NCBI GenBank assembly: GCA_916715765.1
Contig: CAKAPG010000003.1
Span: 4,125 to 68,124, forward strand
From: an uncultured Atopobium sp.
Lineage (GTDB): Bacteria; Actinomycetota; Coriobacteriia; Coriobacteriales; Atopobiaceae
Direction: 5' to 3'
Length of the DNA stretch: 64,000 bases
Both the position numbers and the translations under genes were made by a program. Numbering within the stretch: the first letter of the stretch is position 1; the number at the start of each line of letters is the position of its first letter. Of this stretch, positions 28,740 through 39,680 are shown one piece after another. Below the pieces are notes generated by a model. It saw only the letters and a program-made list of their open reading frames with translations. It had not been told where the DNA came from and did no database searches.

Positions 28740-30158
28740 ATGGAGAACCAAGCACATGGTTTGACCACAGATTCCACTGTAAATAAGCGTTTCTCGCCAG
28801 TTAAGCAGACTGGATTTATATCTATGTTCAAAAGCTCAAGTGTAAAAAGAACAGCTTGTGCAATTGCTTTTGCCGTTGCTTGTGTTCCTACCATTGCTTT
28901 GGGAGAGGGAATTTCTAAGCTTCCTGCAGTATCTGGTCAGGCAACTATTTCTCAAGCAGCGACGTCTCGTCCTGCTGCAGAACCAACTGATACTAAGACG
29001 GCAGAAACGGTAGCTTCTAAGGTTTTGCCTTCGGTTGTGTCCGTTAAGGCTACCAGTGATTCATCAGGCTCAACCGGTTCTGGCGTTGTATTGAACACAA
29101 ATGGAGACATTCTTACCAATTACCACGTCATTGAGGGTATGGATACGTTCTCTATCTCCGTTAATGATAAAGAGTATGAGTGTACTGTTGTTGGTACAGA
29201 TCCAACCTCTGACCTGGCCGTTCTTCATGCAGATCTTAAAGGAGATAGCCTTACTCCAATTGAGATTGGCAATTCCGATAACTTGGCTCCTGGTAGTTGG
29301 GTTATGAGTGTTGGTAGTCCATTTGGTCTTGATCACTCTGTTTCTGCAGGTATCGTGTCTGCTCTTTCTCGTGGAGATATGCTTGAGACAGAGGGTGGAG
29401 AAACCACTATTTATGCAAACCTCATCCAGGTTGATGCAGCTATTAACCCAGGTAATTCTGGCGGCGCTCTGGTTGACTCTAATGGTCAGCTTGTGGGTAT
29501 TTGTACGTTGTTCTCGTCAGATACCAAGTCATTTGCGGGTATTGGCTTTGCAATTCCTTCTAACTATGCCATTGATATTGCAAATCAGATTCTTTCTGGC
29601 CAGCAAGTTAAGCATGCCTATATTGGTCTTTCTATGCAGACCGTTACTCCTCGATTTGCAAAGCGCAATGATCTCTCGGTAGATTACGGTGCGTATGTAG
29701 CAGGCCTTCTTGATGATAGTCCTGCAGAGGGTGCTGGTATTAAAAAGGGTGATGTTATTGTCTCTATTGGTGGAGAGCGCGTAGTTTCTGCTGATGCAGC
29801 TATTATTGCCGTTCGCTCTCACAAGATTGGAGAGACTGTTCCTGTAGAAATCATGCGTGGAGAAGACCGCCTTACCATCAACGTCACGCTTGGTTCTGAT
29901 GAGACGCTTTCTACTAAGAAAGAGAAAGAAAAGAACAGCAAGAACGAAACAAATAACGATACTGATGATAAGCAGGATCGCACTGAAGATGATGATTCCT
30001 ATAGGTATTATCGTCAGCAAAATTATTGGGAAGAGTTCTGGGATTACTTCACTAATCCTTATGGAGATAAAGACGTTGATTCCGATAATCCATTTGTGAA
30101 TTTTGTAGAGAGCATTACCAATAGCATTGCAGAAGCAATCTACGGAATCTTTGGTTAA
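28740..30158 (+). CDS. htrA: HtrA/DegP family serine protease with PDZ domain
   Basis: TNYHV, DLAV, DAAINPGNSGG, PDZ region; ATG 28740 after AAGGAGG. Confidence 0.92.
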   Translation: MENQAHGLTTDSTVNKRFSPVKQTGFISMFKSSSVKRTACAIAFAVACVPTIALGEGISKLPAVSGQATISQAATSRPAAEPTDTKTAETVASKVLPSVVSVKATSDSSGSTGSGVVLNTNGDILTNYHVIEGMDTFSISVNDKEYECTVVGTDPTSDLAVLHADLKGDSLTPIEIGNSDNLAPGSWVMSVGSPFGLDHSVSAGIVSALSRGDMLETEGGETTIYANLIQVDAAINPGNSGGALVDSNGQLVGICTLFSSDTKSFAGIGFAIPSNYAIDIANQILSGQQVKHAYIGLSMQTVTPRFAKRNDLSVDYGAYVAGLLDDSPAEGAGIKKGDVIVSIGGERVVSADAAIIAVRSHKIGETVPVEIMRGEDRLTINVTLGSDETLSTKKEKEKNSKNETNNDTDDKQDRTEDDDSYRYYRQQNYWEEFWDYFTNPYGDKDVDSDNPFVNFVESITNSIAEAIYGIFG

Positions 30159-30218
30159 TGTGCAACTTGCGTTTGCTTAATCGCGTCTATGTGTTGTGTT
30201 AGGAGTTAGGGGAGTCTT

Positions 30219-31580
30219 GTGGATTTGCTTGTGCTGTTAGTTTTGATTGCAGTCTCTATTCTACTGATTGTGATTCTTGTCACACTTTCCTCTAAGCTTT
30301 CGCAATTGAAGACCTTGCAAGAGCAAAATCAGTCAGCATCTTCAGAGCTTATGAGAAGTTCTCAAGAGTTGGACCGTCGTGTTACAGATAACATGGCAAA
30401 TATGCATCAGCTTATGGATACAAAGCTTGAGCAGGTAAGAGAGGTAGTTGGTCAGAAGCTCACTACTACGCTGCAAGATCAGACAAAACAGACTGACCAG
30501 CGTATTGCTCAGCTTGACGCACGCTTTGATGCTTTTCAGCGCCGCGTTGATGAGAATATGACGGCAAATTCTAAGGCCTCAACCGAGCAGCTTGGTAAGG
30601 TTAGAGAGACTGTTGATAAGCAGCTCAGTGATATGCGTAAAGAGAATGAAGCAAAGCTTGAGCAAATGCGTCAGACCGTTGATGAGAAGCTCCAGAAAAC
30701 GCTTGATGAGCGTATGACTCAATCGTTTCAGCGCGTATCTACGCAACTTGAGCAAGTTCATCAAGGCCTGGGAGAAATGCGCGGCCTTGCAGAGGGTGTT
30801 GGAGACTTAAAGAAAGTTCTCTCTGGCGTTAAGACTCGCGGAATTGTTGGAGAAATTCAGCTTGGCGCAATTCTAAGAGACATTCTTTCTCCAGAGCAAT
30901 ATGAAGAGAATGTTGCTACTGTTTCTGGCTCTACTGAGCGCGTGGAGTTTGCCGTTAAGTTGCCTGGAGAGTCAGGGGAGACCGTTTGGCTTCCTATTGA
31001 TTCTAAGTTCCCTGGAGATACGTACGAGCACCTAGTAGATGCAATTAACGCAGGAAATGAAGAGGCGATTGCTGCCGCTAAAAAGGGTCTAGAGTCTCGA
31101 ATTAAGGCAGAGGCAAAAGATATCTCTACAAAGTATATTGCCCCACCAGAGACAACTAACTTTGCTATTTTGTTCCTTCCTTTTGAGGGACTTTATGCAG
31201 AGGTAGTCAGTCAGACGGGTTTGCTTGAGCAGCTACAGAGAGAATATCGCGTTAATGTGTGTGGACCTTCCACTATGGCAGCACTTCTTAACAGTCTTCA
31301 AATGGGATTTCAATCTGTTGCTATTCAGAAGCATGCAGACGAGATTCAAAAGGTACTCTCTGCGGTTAAGACAGAGTTTGAGACGTATCAGGCGCAGCTT
31401 GAGAAGGCTCAGAAACAGATTAGAACTGCAGAAACCACCATTGATAAGATTCTTACTACTAGAACAAAAGCTATGAACCGCAAGCTCAGAGGTGTTACTG
31501 CATTAGAGAGCCTTGAAGATGCACAGAGTACTTTAGGTCTTGTTGAGGGAAGTGTAGAAGATCAAGAGGACGATGAATAG
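30219..31580 (+). CDS. rmuC: DNA recombination protein RmuC
   Basis: N-terminal TM, coiled coil, KTRGIVGE, PIDSKFP, FLPFEGLYAE. Confidence 0.93.
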   Translation: MDLLVLLVLIAVSILLIVILVTLSSKLSQLKTLQEQNQSASSELMRSSQELDRRVTDNMANMHQLMDTKLEQVREVVGQKLTTTLQDQTKQTDQRIAQLDARFDAFQRRVDENMTANSKASTEQLGKVRETVDKQLSDMRKENEAKLEQMRQTVDEKLQKTLDERMTQSFQRVSTQLEQVHQGLGEMRGLAEGVGDLKKVLSGVKTRGIVGEIQLGAILRDILSPEQYEENVATVSGSTERVEFAVKLPGESGETVWLPIDSKFPGDTYEHLVDAINAGNEEAIAAAKKGLESRIKAEAKDISTKYIAPPETTNFAILFLPFEGLYAEVVSQTGLLEQLQREYRVNVCGPSTMAALLNSLQMGFQSVAIQKHADEIQKVLSAVKTEFETYQAQLEKAQKQIRTAETTIDKILTTRTKAMNRKLRGVTALESLEDAQSTLGLVEGSVEDQEDDE

Positions 31581-31621
31581 CACGTATTTTTGAGTGCTGA
31601 GTTTCTCTTTTATAGGTAGAT

Positions 31622-31652
31622 AAAAAACGGCGGCTTAGGTCGCTGTTTTTTT
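31622..31652 (+). terminator. Terminator after rmuC
   Basis: AAAAAACGGCGGC-TTAG-GTCGCTGTTTTTTT. Confidence 0.7.
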
Positions 31653-31653
31653 G

Positions 31654-31714
31654 TTGCATAAAAATACCGTATGGGGGTATACTGTTTACAGAAACTAATA
31701 CCCCCTTAGGGTAT
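31654..31714 (+). promoter_or_regulatory. csoR-copA promoter with two CsoR operators
   Basis: TTGCAT-18-TATACT; ATACCGTATGGGGGTAT (31664-31680) and ATACCCCCTTAGGGTAT (31698-31714) are the G/C-tract dyads typical of CsoR. Confidence 0.85.
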
Positions 31715-31728
31715 GTAAAGGAGGACAG

Positions 31729-32052
31729 ATGGCTCAGAAAGACGGCCAATCACAAAAGACATGCTGTCATTGTGACCACAAGGCAACCCCTCGCTCAAGC
31801 GAACTTAAAAGTGGGGTTTCTCACCGTATTAACCGTGCAATCGGCCAGTTAAATGGCATTAAAACAATGATTGACGAGGATCGTTATTGCGGAGACATTC
31901 TTATTCAGCTTGCGGCAGTTGAGTCTGCGGTTAAGGCCGTCTCAAGAGAGGTAATGCAGGATCATCTGGAGTCTTGCGTAGTTGACCGCATCCAGTCGGG
32001 TGATACAGAAGTTATTGGTGAGGTTATGGACCTCTTTAAGCGTTTTATGTAA
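31729..32052 (+). CDS. csoR: Copper-sensing repressor CsoR
   Basis: RINRAIGQ, RYCGDILIQ, DHLESC (C-H-C ligands). Confidence 0.92.
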   Translation: MAQKDGQSQKTCCHCDHKATPRSSELKSGVSHRINRAIGQLNGIKTMIDEDRYCGDILIQLAAVESAVKAVSREVMQDHLESCVVDRIQSGDTEVIGEVMDLFKRFM

Positions 32053-32061
32053 GGTGGCGTT

Positions 32062-34665
32062 ATGGATCAGAAAGTTTTTGATGTACAAGGAATGACATGC
32101 GCAAGTTGTTCTGCGCACGTGGAGAAGGCAGCAAACTCTGTCTCTGGTGTCTCTGAGGCACGCGTTAATCTGCTTAAAAATTCTATGGAAGTTGATTATG
32201 ACGGTAATCCAGATACCCTCAAGCAGATTTCTGACGCAGTAAGCAAAGCAGGCTATGAGGCAACACCTCGTAGCGACAAAAAAGATTCTGCTGCAGCTAC
32301 TAAGACAGACGCTACCGATGCTTCAGAAAAGGCGGTAAAGCAGAAGAGAGTCGAGCTTATTTCCTCAATGGCGTTTGCCATTCCACTGCTCTATCTTGCC
32401 ATGGGTGAGATGATAGGAGCACCTGTTCCATCTGCTGTTTCTGGAATGAATGGCATGATGAACTTGGCTCTTACTGAGCTTTTGCTTTGCATTCCTATTC
32501 TCTTTATTTGTCGTCACTATTTTATTGGCGGATTCCGCGCGTTTTTGCATGGCTCGCCTAATATGGATTCGCTCATTGCGCTGGGTTCAGCAGCGTCGTT
32601 TGCTTACAGTGTTGTTAGCCTGTACCAGATGGCAAATGCTTTTATTGCAGGAGATATTGCTGCAGCTCACCAAGCAATGCACGGCATGTACTTTGAGACC
32701 GCAGGTGTGATTCTTGCTCTGATTTCCCTGGGCAAGTTCTTTGAGGCGCGCGCAAAGGGTCATACCACAGGCGCAATTAGCGCACTTATGAACCTTGCTC
32801 CAAAGACGGCTATTCTCGTCAAAGACGGTATTGAGCAGGAAGTTCCTGCAGAGACCGTTATGGTGGGAGACGTTCTTGTGGTAAGGGCAGGTCAGTCGAT
32901 TCCTGTTGATGGCCAGCTCATCGAAGGAGAAGGATCTGTCGATGAGTCCGCTATTACCGGAGAGCCCGTTCCTGTAAGTAAGACCGTTGGCGATTCCGTG
33001 ACAGGCGCAACGATATCTACCGGCGGCTGGTTTAAGATGCGCGCTACCGCTGTTGGCGATGACACTACCCTTGCAGGCATCATTCGCCTGGTTGATGAGG
33101 CAACAAGCTCCAAAGCACCTATTGAGCGTCTTGCTGACAGCATTGCTGGCATCTTTGTACCCGTTGTTATTGGAATTGCGCTGGTCACGTTTGCGGCATG
33201 GTTTGTCTTTGTGGCACCTGGTAACTTTGCGGTTGCTCTCTCGCACGCTGTTGCTGTTCTGGTTATTTCCTGCCCTTGCGCACTTGGTCTGGCAACGCCT
33301 ACCGCCATTATGGTGGGTACCGGCCTGGGCGCTTCAAATGGCATTTTGGTCAAGTCCGCCGAGGCGCTTGAGGGTGCGGTTAGAGCAACCGTGGTTGTTC
33401 TTGATAAGACGGGAACGCTCACTGAGGGTAAGCCAAGCGTAACTGATGTTCTTTGTGCAGATAGTACCTCCGAGGATCAGCTGCTTGAGTACGCATATGC
33501 GCTTGAGCAAAAGAGCGAGCATCCACTTGCGCAGGCTATTGTTACGTATGCTCAAGAGAAGCTTGGAGAGTCTGCAGGCAGCTCTCTTGATGTACAGGAG
33601 TTCTCACAGGTTGCTGGTGGTGGCCTCATAGCAACGGTTGGCGAGAAACGCCTTGTAGCAGGAAACGCTCGTCTTATGGAGCAGGAGGGTATCAGCACAC
33701 AAGAGCTGACTTCCCAGGCTCAGCAGCTAGCTGAACAGGCAAAAACACCGCTGTACTTTGCGCTTGAGGGTAAGCTTCTTGGTGTTATTGCTGTAGCCGA
33801 CAAGGTTAAGCAGACCAGTGCGTCTACCATTGCTCGTCTTCGTGCTATGGGTGTTAAGTCTGTCATGCTTACCGGAGATCAGGCAACAACGGCAAACGTC
33901 ATTGGTAAGGAGCTTGGCGTTGACCAGGTTATTTCTGACGTCTTGCCAAGCCAAAAAGAATCCTACATTAGGCAGTTCCAGGATGCTGGAGAAAACGTTG
34001 TCATGGTTGGCGATGGCATCAACGATGCTCCAGCGCTTGCGCGAGCAAACGTGGGAATTGCAATTGGTGCAGGTACCGATGTTGCTATTGAGTCCGCTGA
34101 CATTGTCTTGATGAAGTCTGATCCAGCTGATGTTGCAACTTCAATTGAGCTTTCTCGTGCCACTATGACCAACATCAAAGAAAACCTGTTCTGGGCGCTG
34201 TTCTATAACACCATTTGTATCCCTGTAGCTATGGGCCTGTTGTATCCATTTGGCATTTCGCTGAACCCTATGATTGGTGCAGCCGCCATGGGCTTCTCGT
34301 CAGTCTTTGTTGTATGCAATGCACTGCGCCTGCGTACCTGGAAGCCAAAGAATACCAGCTCAGCAACTCGCCAAGACGCTCATGACACAAAACCAGTCAT
34401 TGACGTTCAATCTAAGTCCACAAACGACGCATCCGCGTCACAGAAGGAGGAATCTTATATGGAGAAGAAACTAAACGTAGAGGGCATGTCTTGCCAGCAC
34501 TGTGTTGCACACGTCACACAGGCTCTTGAGGCTGTCGAGGGTGTTTCTAAGGCAACCGTTTCACTTGACGAGAAGAGCGCTGTAGTTGAGCTATCTTCTG
34601 ATGTCGCTGATAGCGCATTGGTTGATGCTGTTGTTCAGGCTGGATATGAGGCTACTATTGCCTAA
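32062..34665 (+). CDS. copA: Cu(I)-translocating P1B-type ATPase with N- and C-terminal HMA domains
   Basis: [36 protein letters not shown]...P...M.FSS, and C-terminal GMSCQHC. Confidence 0.95.
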   Translation: MDQKVFDVQGMTCASCSAHVEKAANSVSGVSEARVNLLKNSMEVDYDGNPDTLKQISDAVSKAGYEATPRSDKKDSAAATKTDATDASEKAVKQKRVELISSMAFAIPLLYLAMGEMIGAPVPSAVSGMNGMMNLALTELLLCIPILFICRHYFIGGFRAFLHGSPNMDSLIALGSAASFAYSVVSLYQMANAFIAGDIAAAHQAMHGMYFETAGVILALISLGKFFEARAKGHTTGAISALMNLAPKTAILVKDGIEQEVPAETVMVGDVLVVRAGQSIPVDGQLIEGEGSVDESAITGEPVPVSKTVGDSVTGATISTGGWFKMRATAVGDDTTLAGIIRLVDEATSSKAPIERLADSIAGIFVPVVIGIALVTFAAWFVFVAPGNFAVALSHAVAVLVISCPCALGLATPTAIMVGTGLGASNGILVKSAEALEGAVRATVVVLDKTGTLTEGKPSVTDVLCADSTSEDQLLEYAYALEQKSEHPLAQAIVTYAQEKLGESAGSSLDVQEFSQVAGGGLIATVGEKRLVAGNARLMEQEGISTQELTSQAQQLAEQAKTPLYFALEGKLLGVIAVADKVKQTSASTIARLRAMGVKSVMLTGDQATTANVIGKELGVDQVISDVLPSQKESYIRQFQDAGENVVMVGDGINDAPALARANVGIAIGAGTDVAIESADIVLMKSDPADVATSIELSRATMTNIKENLFWALFYNTICIPVAMGLLYPFGISLNPMIGAAAMGFSSVFVVCNALRLRTWKPKNTSSATRQDAHDTKPVIDVQSKSTNDASASQKEESYMEKKLNVEGMSCQHCVAHVTQALEAVEGVSKATVSLDEKSAVVELSSDVADSALVDAVVQAGYEATIA

Positions 34666-35653
34666 GGTGGGCAAGTAGACGGTCCTTCTCGCTAGAATCA
34701 CTAAATACCGCACGTGCAGCATTTTCAGCAAGCTCACGTGCGGTATTTTTGTCTAGACCGCAGTGCTGCTGCAGAAGCTCAAACTCGCGCAAGAGGGTAA
34801 TGTTGGAGACAGTCATGTTGTCCGTGTTGATAGTAACTGTCAGACCAGCATCAAGCAGTTGCTCAAGCGGGAAGCACTCAATTGACTCAAAGATGCGCGT
34901 CTGAACGTTGCTGGTAGGGCAAATCTCAAGGGCAACATTTGCAGCTTTGAGGTCCTGGATAACGCTTTTGTCTTCCAAGGATCGAACGCCGTGGCCGATA
35001 CGTTGTGCGCCAAGTCGAAGCGCAGCCTTGATGCTTTCTGGACCAGCAGCTTCTCCCGCGTGGATAGTAAAAGGAACGTCTTTTCTTTGTGCTTCAGCAA
35101 AAAGTGACGAGAAATTCTCTGTGGCAAAGAGCGCTTCTGCTCCTGCTAAGTCTGCTGCTACGACGCCATTTCCAAGGTATGCTGCCGCTAGATCAATCGA
35201 CTCTTCATTTTTGTGCTTAAGCTCTTCACCTGTGCCACGCATAGCGCAAATAAGGTATGCCGTGTGGAGCGCTGACTGTGGATGCTCTGCATAAAAGTCA
35301 GCTCTACCAGCAAGAGCAGCCTCAAGAACTTCTTGCTGAGAAAGACCTCCTGCAGTAAGACTTCCTGGTGCAAAGCGGGGTTCAGCGTAGAGAATGCCCT
35401 CTGCGTCAAGCTGCTCATGGAATGCCTTTGCAACTGCGCGAATGCCTTGTGCTGACTGCATAAGCTTGAGAGGCAGCTCAAATGTTGCAAGATACTGGTT
35501 AAGATCCTGGCAATGATCTGGGACTTGCATCTTTTCTTGAAGTTCGGCTAAAGAGAAATCAAGTCCTGCTTCTGCTGCAAGTTGGGCTGCGGCAGGAAGG
35601 GGGATTGATCCATCAAGATGGACATGCAAATCGATAAGAGCACAGGAGCTCAT
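34655..35653 (-). CDS. add: Adenosine deaminase
   Basis: [30 protein letters not shown]. Confidence 0.92.
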   Translation of the reverse strand: MSSCALIDLHVHLDGSIPLPAAAQLAAEAGLDFSLAELQEKMQVPDHCQDLNQYLATFELPLKLMQSAQGIRAVAKAFHEQLDAEGILYAEPRFAPGSLTAGGLSQQEVLEAALAGRADFYAEHPQSALHTAYLICAMRGTGEELKHKNEESIDLAAAYLGNGVVAADLAGAEALFATENFSSLFAEAQRKDVPFTIHAGEAAGPESIKAALRLGAQRIGHGVRSLEDKSVIQDLKAANVALEICPTSNVQTRIFESIECFPLEQLLDAGLTVTINTDNMTVSNITLLREFELLQQHCGLDKNTARELAENAARAVFSDSSEKDRLLAHLRQ

Positions 35654-35698
35654 AGCGCCTCCTACAAGAAACGTATGCTATGGCGCAAAGAGCGCAAA

Positions 35699-36733
35699 CT
35701 AGATAGCTACATCATACGGTAGGGAAGTGGCATTTTCCAAATCGTTTGCAAGTTTTTCAAACTGGTACCCATTGACACGCTCAAGCAGGCGTACCTCATC
35801 AGGCAAAACGTCATAGTGAATCTGCGAGCAAATAGCACAGGCAATAGATCCAATGGTGTCTGTATCTCCGCCCATCTCCGCGGCTATTCTCGCCGCTCTA
35901 GAGACTTTTCCTTGGGAGAGCTTTACCACTGCAAGAACTGCAGGGATGGTCTCTATGGTTTCATAACCACAGCCACAGTAGTCGTAGATGTCTCTTGAAG
36001 CGGCTAGGGGAGCCTCAAGGTTTTTGGCACCCTCGCAGAATTCCAATGCCATGATGCACTTTTGATACATGCTAGGCATAGGCATTTGTGTACCAATTTT
36101 TGTGTAGAGAGCTCGGTGTCCATAGCTTAAAGCAGTTTCAAGCGCGTCTTCCACCGTAAACGAGTTTTCAGAAAGACCTCTGCTTATGGCGGCAACAATC
36201 ATTGCTGCGCCCATGATAGCTACGTTGGTTCCGTGCGTGGGAAGCGCAAGTTCAGTAACGCTGTTAATGAGCGCATGTTTGTCTTTCCAGCTCACAATTG
36301 AAGCCATCGGCGCGCATTTCATGGCACATCCGTTAGTGGTTCCAAGGCGACCACACGTTTTAAGCGAGTGGCCAGAAAGTCGATTAGCTAACGCAGCTCT
36401 TGTAGAAGGGCCAACTACCTGAGCAGCGTTTGGCTCTGTTGCCACATAATTTTCTAGGGCATCAAAGTAGCGGGATTGGTTAAAAACTCCCTGGTTATCA
36501 ATGATGTTTTTAGTCAAAATGATTGCATTTGCTGTGTCATCTGTTGTCTGACCTGCGGTAAAAGGTCTTCCAAAAAAGTTATTTTTAGGTGGATTTGAAA
36601 GACTTTGAACTCCATCAGGAAATGCAAAATCAATTTGGTGTGGTGACATCATCTCTGTTGGCATGCCATAAGCGTCGCCATAGGCAAGGGCCGTAAGCAT
36701 CCTATAGAGTTTGATTTTTCTTGCCGTATTCAT
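35699..36733 (-). CDS. ADP-ribosylglycohydrolase family protein
   Basis: GDAYGMPTE, TTDDT, TNGCAM, PTH, GGDTDTIG; start ATG 36733 or GTG 36742. Confidence 0.9.
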   Translation of the reverse strand: MNTARKIKLYRMLTALAYGDAYGMPTEMMSPHQIDFAFPDGVQSLSNPPKNNFFGRPFTAGQTTDDTANAIILTKNIIDNQGVFNQSRYFDALENYVATEPNAAQVVGPSTRAALANRLSGHSLKTCGRLGTTNGCAMKCAPMASIVSWKDKHALINSVTELALPTHGTNVAIMGAAMIVAAISRGLSENSFTVEDALETALSYGHRALYTKIGTQMPMPSMYQKCIMALEFCEGAKNLEAPLAASRDIYDYCGCGYETIETIPAVLAVVKLSQGKVSRAARIAAEMGGDTDTIGSIACAICSQIHYDVLPDEVRLLERVNGYQFEKLANDLENATSLPYDVAI

Positions 36734-36734
36734 G

Positions 36735-36830
36735 TTACTCACGCTTCTTTATGTCAGAAGAACGTGATGTTTTGGCTCTGCAGAGACTATTTTTACCTGC
36801 AGAGATAAGCCTCTCATAGCAGCATGCCAT
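36735..36830 (-). CDS. Small ORF, 31 aa (MACCYERLISAGKNSLCRAKTSRSSDIKKRE)
   Basis: ATG preceded by GAGGGGAG; its stop lies 1 nt before the ATG of the ADP-ribosylglycohydrolase. Confidence 0.4.
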   Translation of the reverse strand: MACCYERLISAGKNSLCRAKTSRSSDIKKRE

Positions 36831-37167
36831 GATTGCTCCCCTCAATTAGATATTCTCTGTCTTTGCAGGTTTTTTCTTTACTGTGCCGTAAGGAATGCCT
36901 CACTCCTTAGATCCTTACTTTCCCAGCTTGTAGTCGCAATACAAGCTAGATGGCTCAGACAGAAAATATCTCCCCCAAGTATGTTTAAAGATATCAAATA
37001 TTTAAGTATTACTACAGGGGGTAAGGCGTATTAATCGGTAGGCGGTAGCTGAAGAGAGTTTAGAGGTTTTGTGCTCACAATAGTGACTACATGCTGTCTT
37101 ATATTCTCTCTAACGCACTGAGCCATTGCTGGGTAAAATGGTTTGTAGCAATCTGAAAGGAATGGAC

Positions 37168-38130
37168 ATGCCCGCAATTTTGACTCATGACTTCTTTGGC
37201 AAGGATGCCTTTGATATAGCTGCAGGCAAACTTGGTTTTTCTACGATGGAAGAGCGAGAAGCTTTTCTGTTGGGCAACCAAGGTCCAGATCCGCTGTTTT
37301 ATTTAGCGGCAGATCCGCTGCTGCATCGCTACGCTAAATATGCGTCAATCATGCATAAAGAAAAAACACCCGAGCTTCTTCTTTCTATGCGAGACGCAAT
37401 TGCGCCTCTGCCGCTTAAAGACGTTGCGGTTGCTCGCGCCTATATTGCGGGATTTCTCTGCCACTATATGCTAGATTCCACTGCTCATCCTTTTGTCTAT
37501 TACTGGCAAAACATGCTTACCTCTCAAGGCGTAGAGGGCTTGGATGAATCTGCTAAAAATCAAGTACATGCAGAGATCGAGAAGGACCTTGATGAGGCAA
37601 TTCTTTACGCCCATCTTGGTAAAACGGTAGCTACCTATAGGCCTTATAGCGAGGTTTTGAAGGCATCGCTGCATACGCTTTACGTTTTGGATAGGGTGTT
37701 TTTCTTTGCGTTGCTATGGACGTATGAAAAACCTACCGATACCAGGATTTTCTCGTCAGCTGCTGTTGATTTTAGGATTATCCAGCATCTAGCGTATTCG
37801 CCGACAGGTAAGAAGAGAAAGCTACTTGGTCATCTTGAGCGTACCTTTGGTACAAATAGGTTCTCTTTGATTGAGGCGCTCTCTCACGGGGCAAGAGAAT
37901 CTTCTGATTCTGATTTTGATAACAGAGCGGGAAATGAGTGGACTGATCCTTTTACGGGAGAGGTGCGCAAAGAGAGCTTCTGGGATTTGTATGACCATGC
38001 GCTGGCAAATGTGCCGTATGCACTTGACGTTTTCTTCTCGCCAGACTTTAATCTTGATACTGCAAAAGAGCTTACACAAAATCTGAACTTTGATGGTCAG
38101 ACACTTGCAGGTGAAGGTTCGACAGAATAG
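37168..38130 (+). CDS. Zinc-dependent phospholipase C family protein
   Basis: MPAILTH, GNQGPD, GFLCHYMLDSTAHPFV, HAEIE; ATG after GAAAGGA. Confidence 0.82.
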   Translation: MPAILTHDFFGKDAFDIAAGKLGFSTMEEREAFLLGNQGPDPLFYLAADPLLHRYAKYASIMHKEKTPELLLSMRDAIAPLPLKDVAVARAYIAGFLCHYMLDSTAHPFVYYWQNMLTSQGVEGLDESAKNQVHAEIEKDLDEAILYAHLGKTVATYRPYSEVLKASLHTLYVLDRVFFFALLWTYEKPTDTRIFSSAAVDFRIIQHLAYSPTGKKRKLLGHLERTFGTNRFSLIEALSHGARESSDSDFDNRAGNEWTDPFTGEVRKESFWDLYDHALANVPYALDVFFSPDFNLDTAKELTQNLNFDGQTLAGEGSTE

Positions 38131-38136
38131 GTTTTT

Positions 38137-38916
38137 GTGGCAACGTACGTTTTTTCTGATATTCACGGCCATGTGGAGCCGCTGAGGCGTGCTCTGGAGC
38201 GTATTAATCCAACCGAGTCAGACGTGTTTTATTGTCTTGGCGACATGATTGACCGTGGTCCTAGCTCGCTTGCCACTATTAAGACAATTCGCGCGCTTCC
38301 TAACTGCACCGTTTTAATGGGCAATCATGAGCAACTAGCGCTGCAAGCGTTGGACCCAGAGGCAGATATTGAAGCTCAGTTTATGTGGCAGATTAACGGG
38401 GGAGACGCAACGCTTGCTGAGCTCAAGATGCTTTCTGAAGAAGAATATGGTGAGCTGATTGCCTGGTTGCAGGCGCTTCCCTTGTACGCCACAGTTGAGG
38501 TCCAAGGTAGGGACTTTGTGCTGGTACATGCTGGCGTAAAGTCTAATGGCGTTCCCTTGCCAACCCTCTGGGATAAGGCTTCTTTGGAGCAGTATTTAAG
38601 CAAGCAGTCTGAAAACGATTTGCTGTGGATTCGTGAAGAGTTTTGGCAATATCCAACAGATTTCCGCACGTCAGATGAGTCGTACCCTATTGTTATTTGC
38701 GGCCATACACCTACGCCTTTGTTAGCAAGCTTTGGTGCAAAAAACTTAAATCGAAGTGCTACAACTGAGGATGGTCTAGCACAGTGGGTCCAGTCGGATG
38801 GCGACAAGTGGGGAATCGATACAGGTACTACGGGCGGAGCTGGCTACGGTCAGGTAACCGTAGTGCGCCTTGACGATCTGCAAGAGTTTGTTGAGCCGCT
38901 GCAAGAAGGCGAGTAG
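38137..38916 (+). CDS. Metallophosphoesterase (Ser/Thr phosphatase-like)
   Basis: SDIHG, GDMIDRG, GNHE, VHAG, GHTP, IDTG. Confidence 0.9.
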   Translation: MATYVFSDIHGHVEPLRRALERINPTESDVFYCLGDMIDRGPSSLATIKTIRALPNCTVLMGNHEQLALQALDPEADIEAQFMWQINGGDATLAELKMLSEEEYGELIAWLQALPLYATVEVQGRDFVLVHAGVKSNGVPLPTLWDKASLEQYLSKQSENDLLWIREEFWQYPTDFRTSDESYPIVICGHTPTPLLASFGAKNLNRSATTEDGLAQWVQSDGDKWGIDTGTTGGAGYGQVTVVRLDDLQEFVEPLQEGE

Positions 38917-38918
38917 TT

Positions 38919-39476
38919 GTGGCTGCAAAGACCTCGCAGCCTGCTGGCAATGCTGACAAAACTGTGCTTACGCATGTAGAGAACACGCTCGACCCCATCA
39001 TTTTCCCTGATTCTCGCGTGTTGCTTTTGGGATCAATGCCAAGTCCCAAGTCTCGAGAAATCGGCTTTTACTTTGGCAACCCTCAGAATAGATTCTGGCG
39101 CGTAGTTGCTGCGCTCTATGGCGAGAAACCCCTCAAGTCCATACCTGAAAAGATTGACTTCTGTAAAAGACATCATCTTGCCCTTTGTGATGTGCTTAAG
39201 GCTTGTGATATTAAGGGCGCAAGCGACGCTTCTATTGCAAATCCGGTTCCGCACAACATTGGTGCTCTTATTCAAGATTCATCAATCTGTGCCATTTTTA
39301 CGCTTGGTGGGACGGCAACAAAATTTTATAAGCGCCACACTGAGCAACAAACTGGTATTTCTGCACGTCAACTGCCCTCTACAAGTCCTGCTAATGCACG
39401 TATGTCAGTTGATGATTTAGCGGAAGAATTTTCCATTATCAAAAAATTTACCAATTGTGAGTTGACAATATCCTAG
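38919..39476 (+). CDS. DNA-deoxyinosine (hypoxanthine) glycosylase, UDG superfamily
   Basis: LLGSMPSPKS, PQNRFW, GASDASI, LPSTSPANA. Confidence 0.88.
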   Translation: MAAKTSQPAGNADKTVLTHVENTLDPIIFPDSRVLLLGSMPSPKSREIGFYFGNPQNRFWRVVAALYGEKPLKSIPEKIDFCKRHHLALCDVLKACDIKGASDASIANPVPHNIGALIQDSSICAIFTLGGTATKFYKRHTEQQTGISARQLPSTSPANARMSVDDLAEEFSIIKKFTNCELTIS

Positions 39477-39489
39477 TTGCGGCTAGGAT
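39462..39489 (+). promoter_or_regulatory. Sigma70-type promoter of the cysteine ABC operon
   Basis: TTGACA (39462-39467), 16-nt spacer, TAGGAT (39484-39489); start site would fall at or near ATG 39497. Confidence 0.6.
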
Positions 39490-39496
39490 TATACGC

Positions 39497-39583
39497 ATGC
39501 GAATTATGGCTACGACATACACTGCACTTTGTGCATGCACCGCGATGTGTCTGGTGCCCGGGTCACATACGACCAGGGTGTAA
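39497..39583 (+). CDS. Putative leader peptide MRIMATTYTALCACTAMCLVPGSHTTRV
   Basis: 28 codons with 3 Cys and 3 Met, no SD, upstream of a cysteine-type ABC importer, with alternative pairings downstream. Confidence 0.65.
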   Translation: MRIMATTYTALCACTAMCLVPGSHTTRV

Positions 39584-39680
39584 TTGTCGCTGAGCAAAAT
39601 TTTCCTGGTATAGACTCGGGCGTAAAGCTATTTTGTAACTCTTGTGTGAGTATTCACACATCCCGAGAGGATTTATTCGC

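Noticed and set aside
36850..37020. Purine riboswitch upstream of the ADP-ribosylglycohydrolase/add unit
   Set aside because: One hairpin only; purine riboswitch core sequences not recognised.
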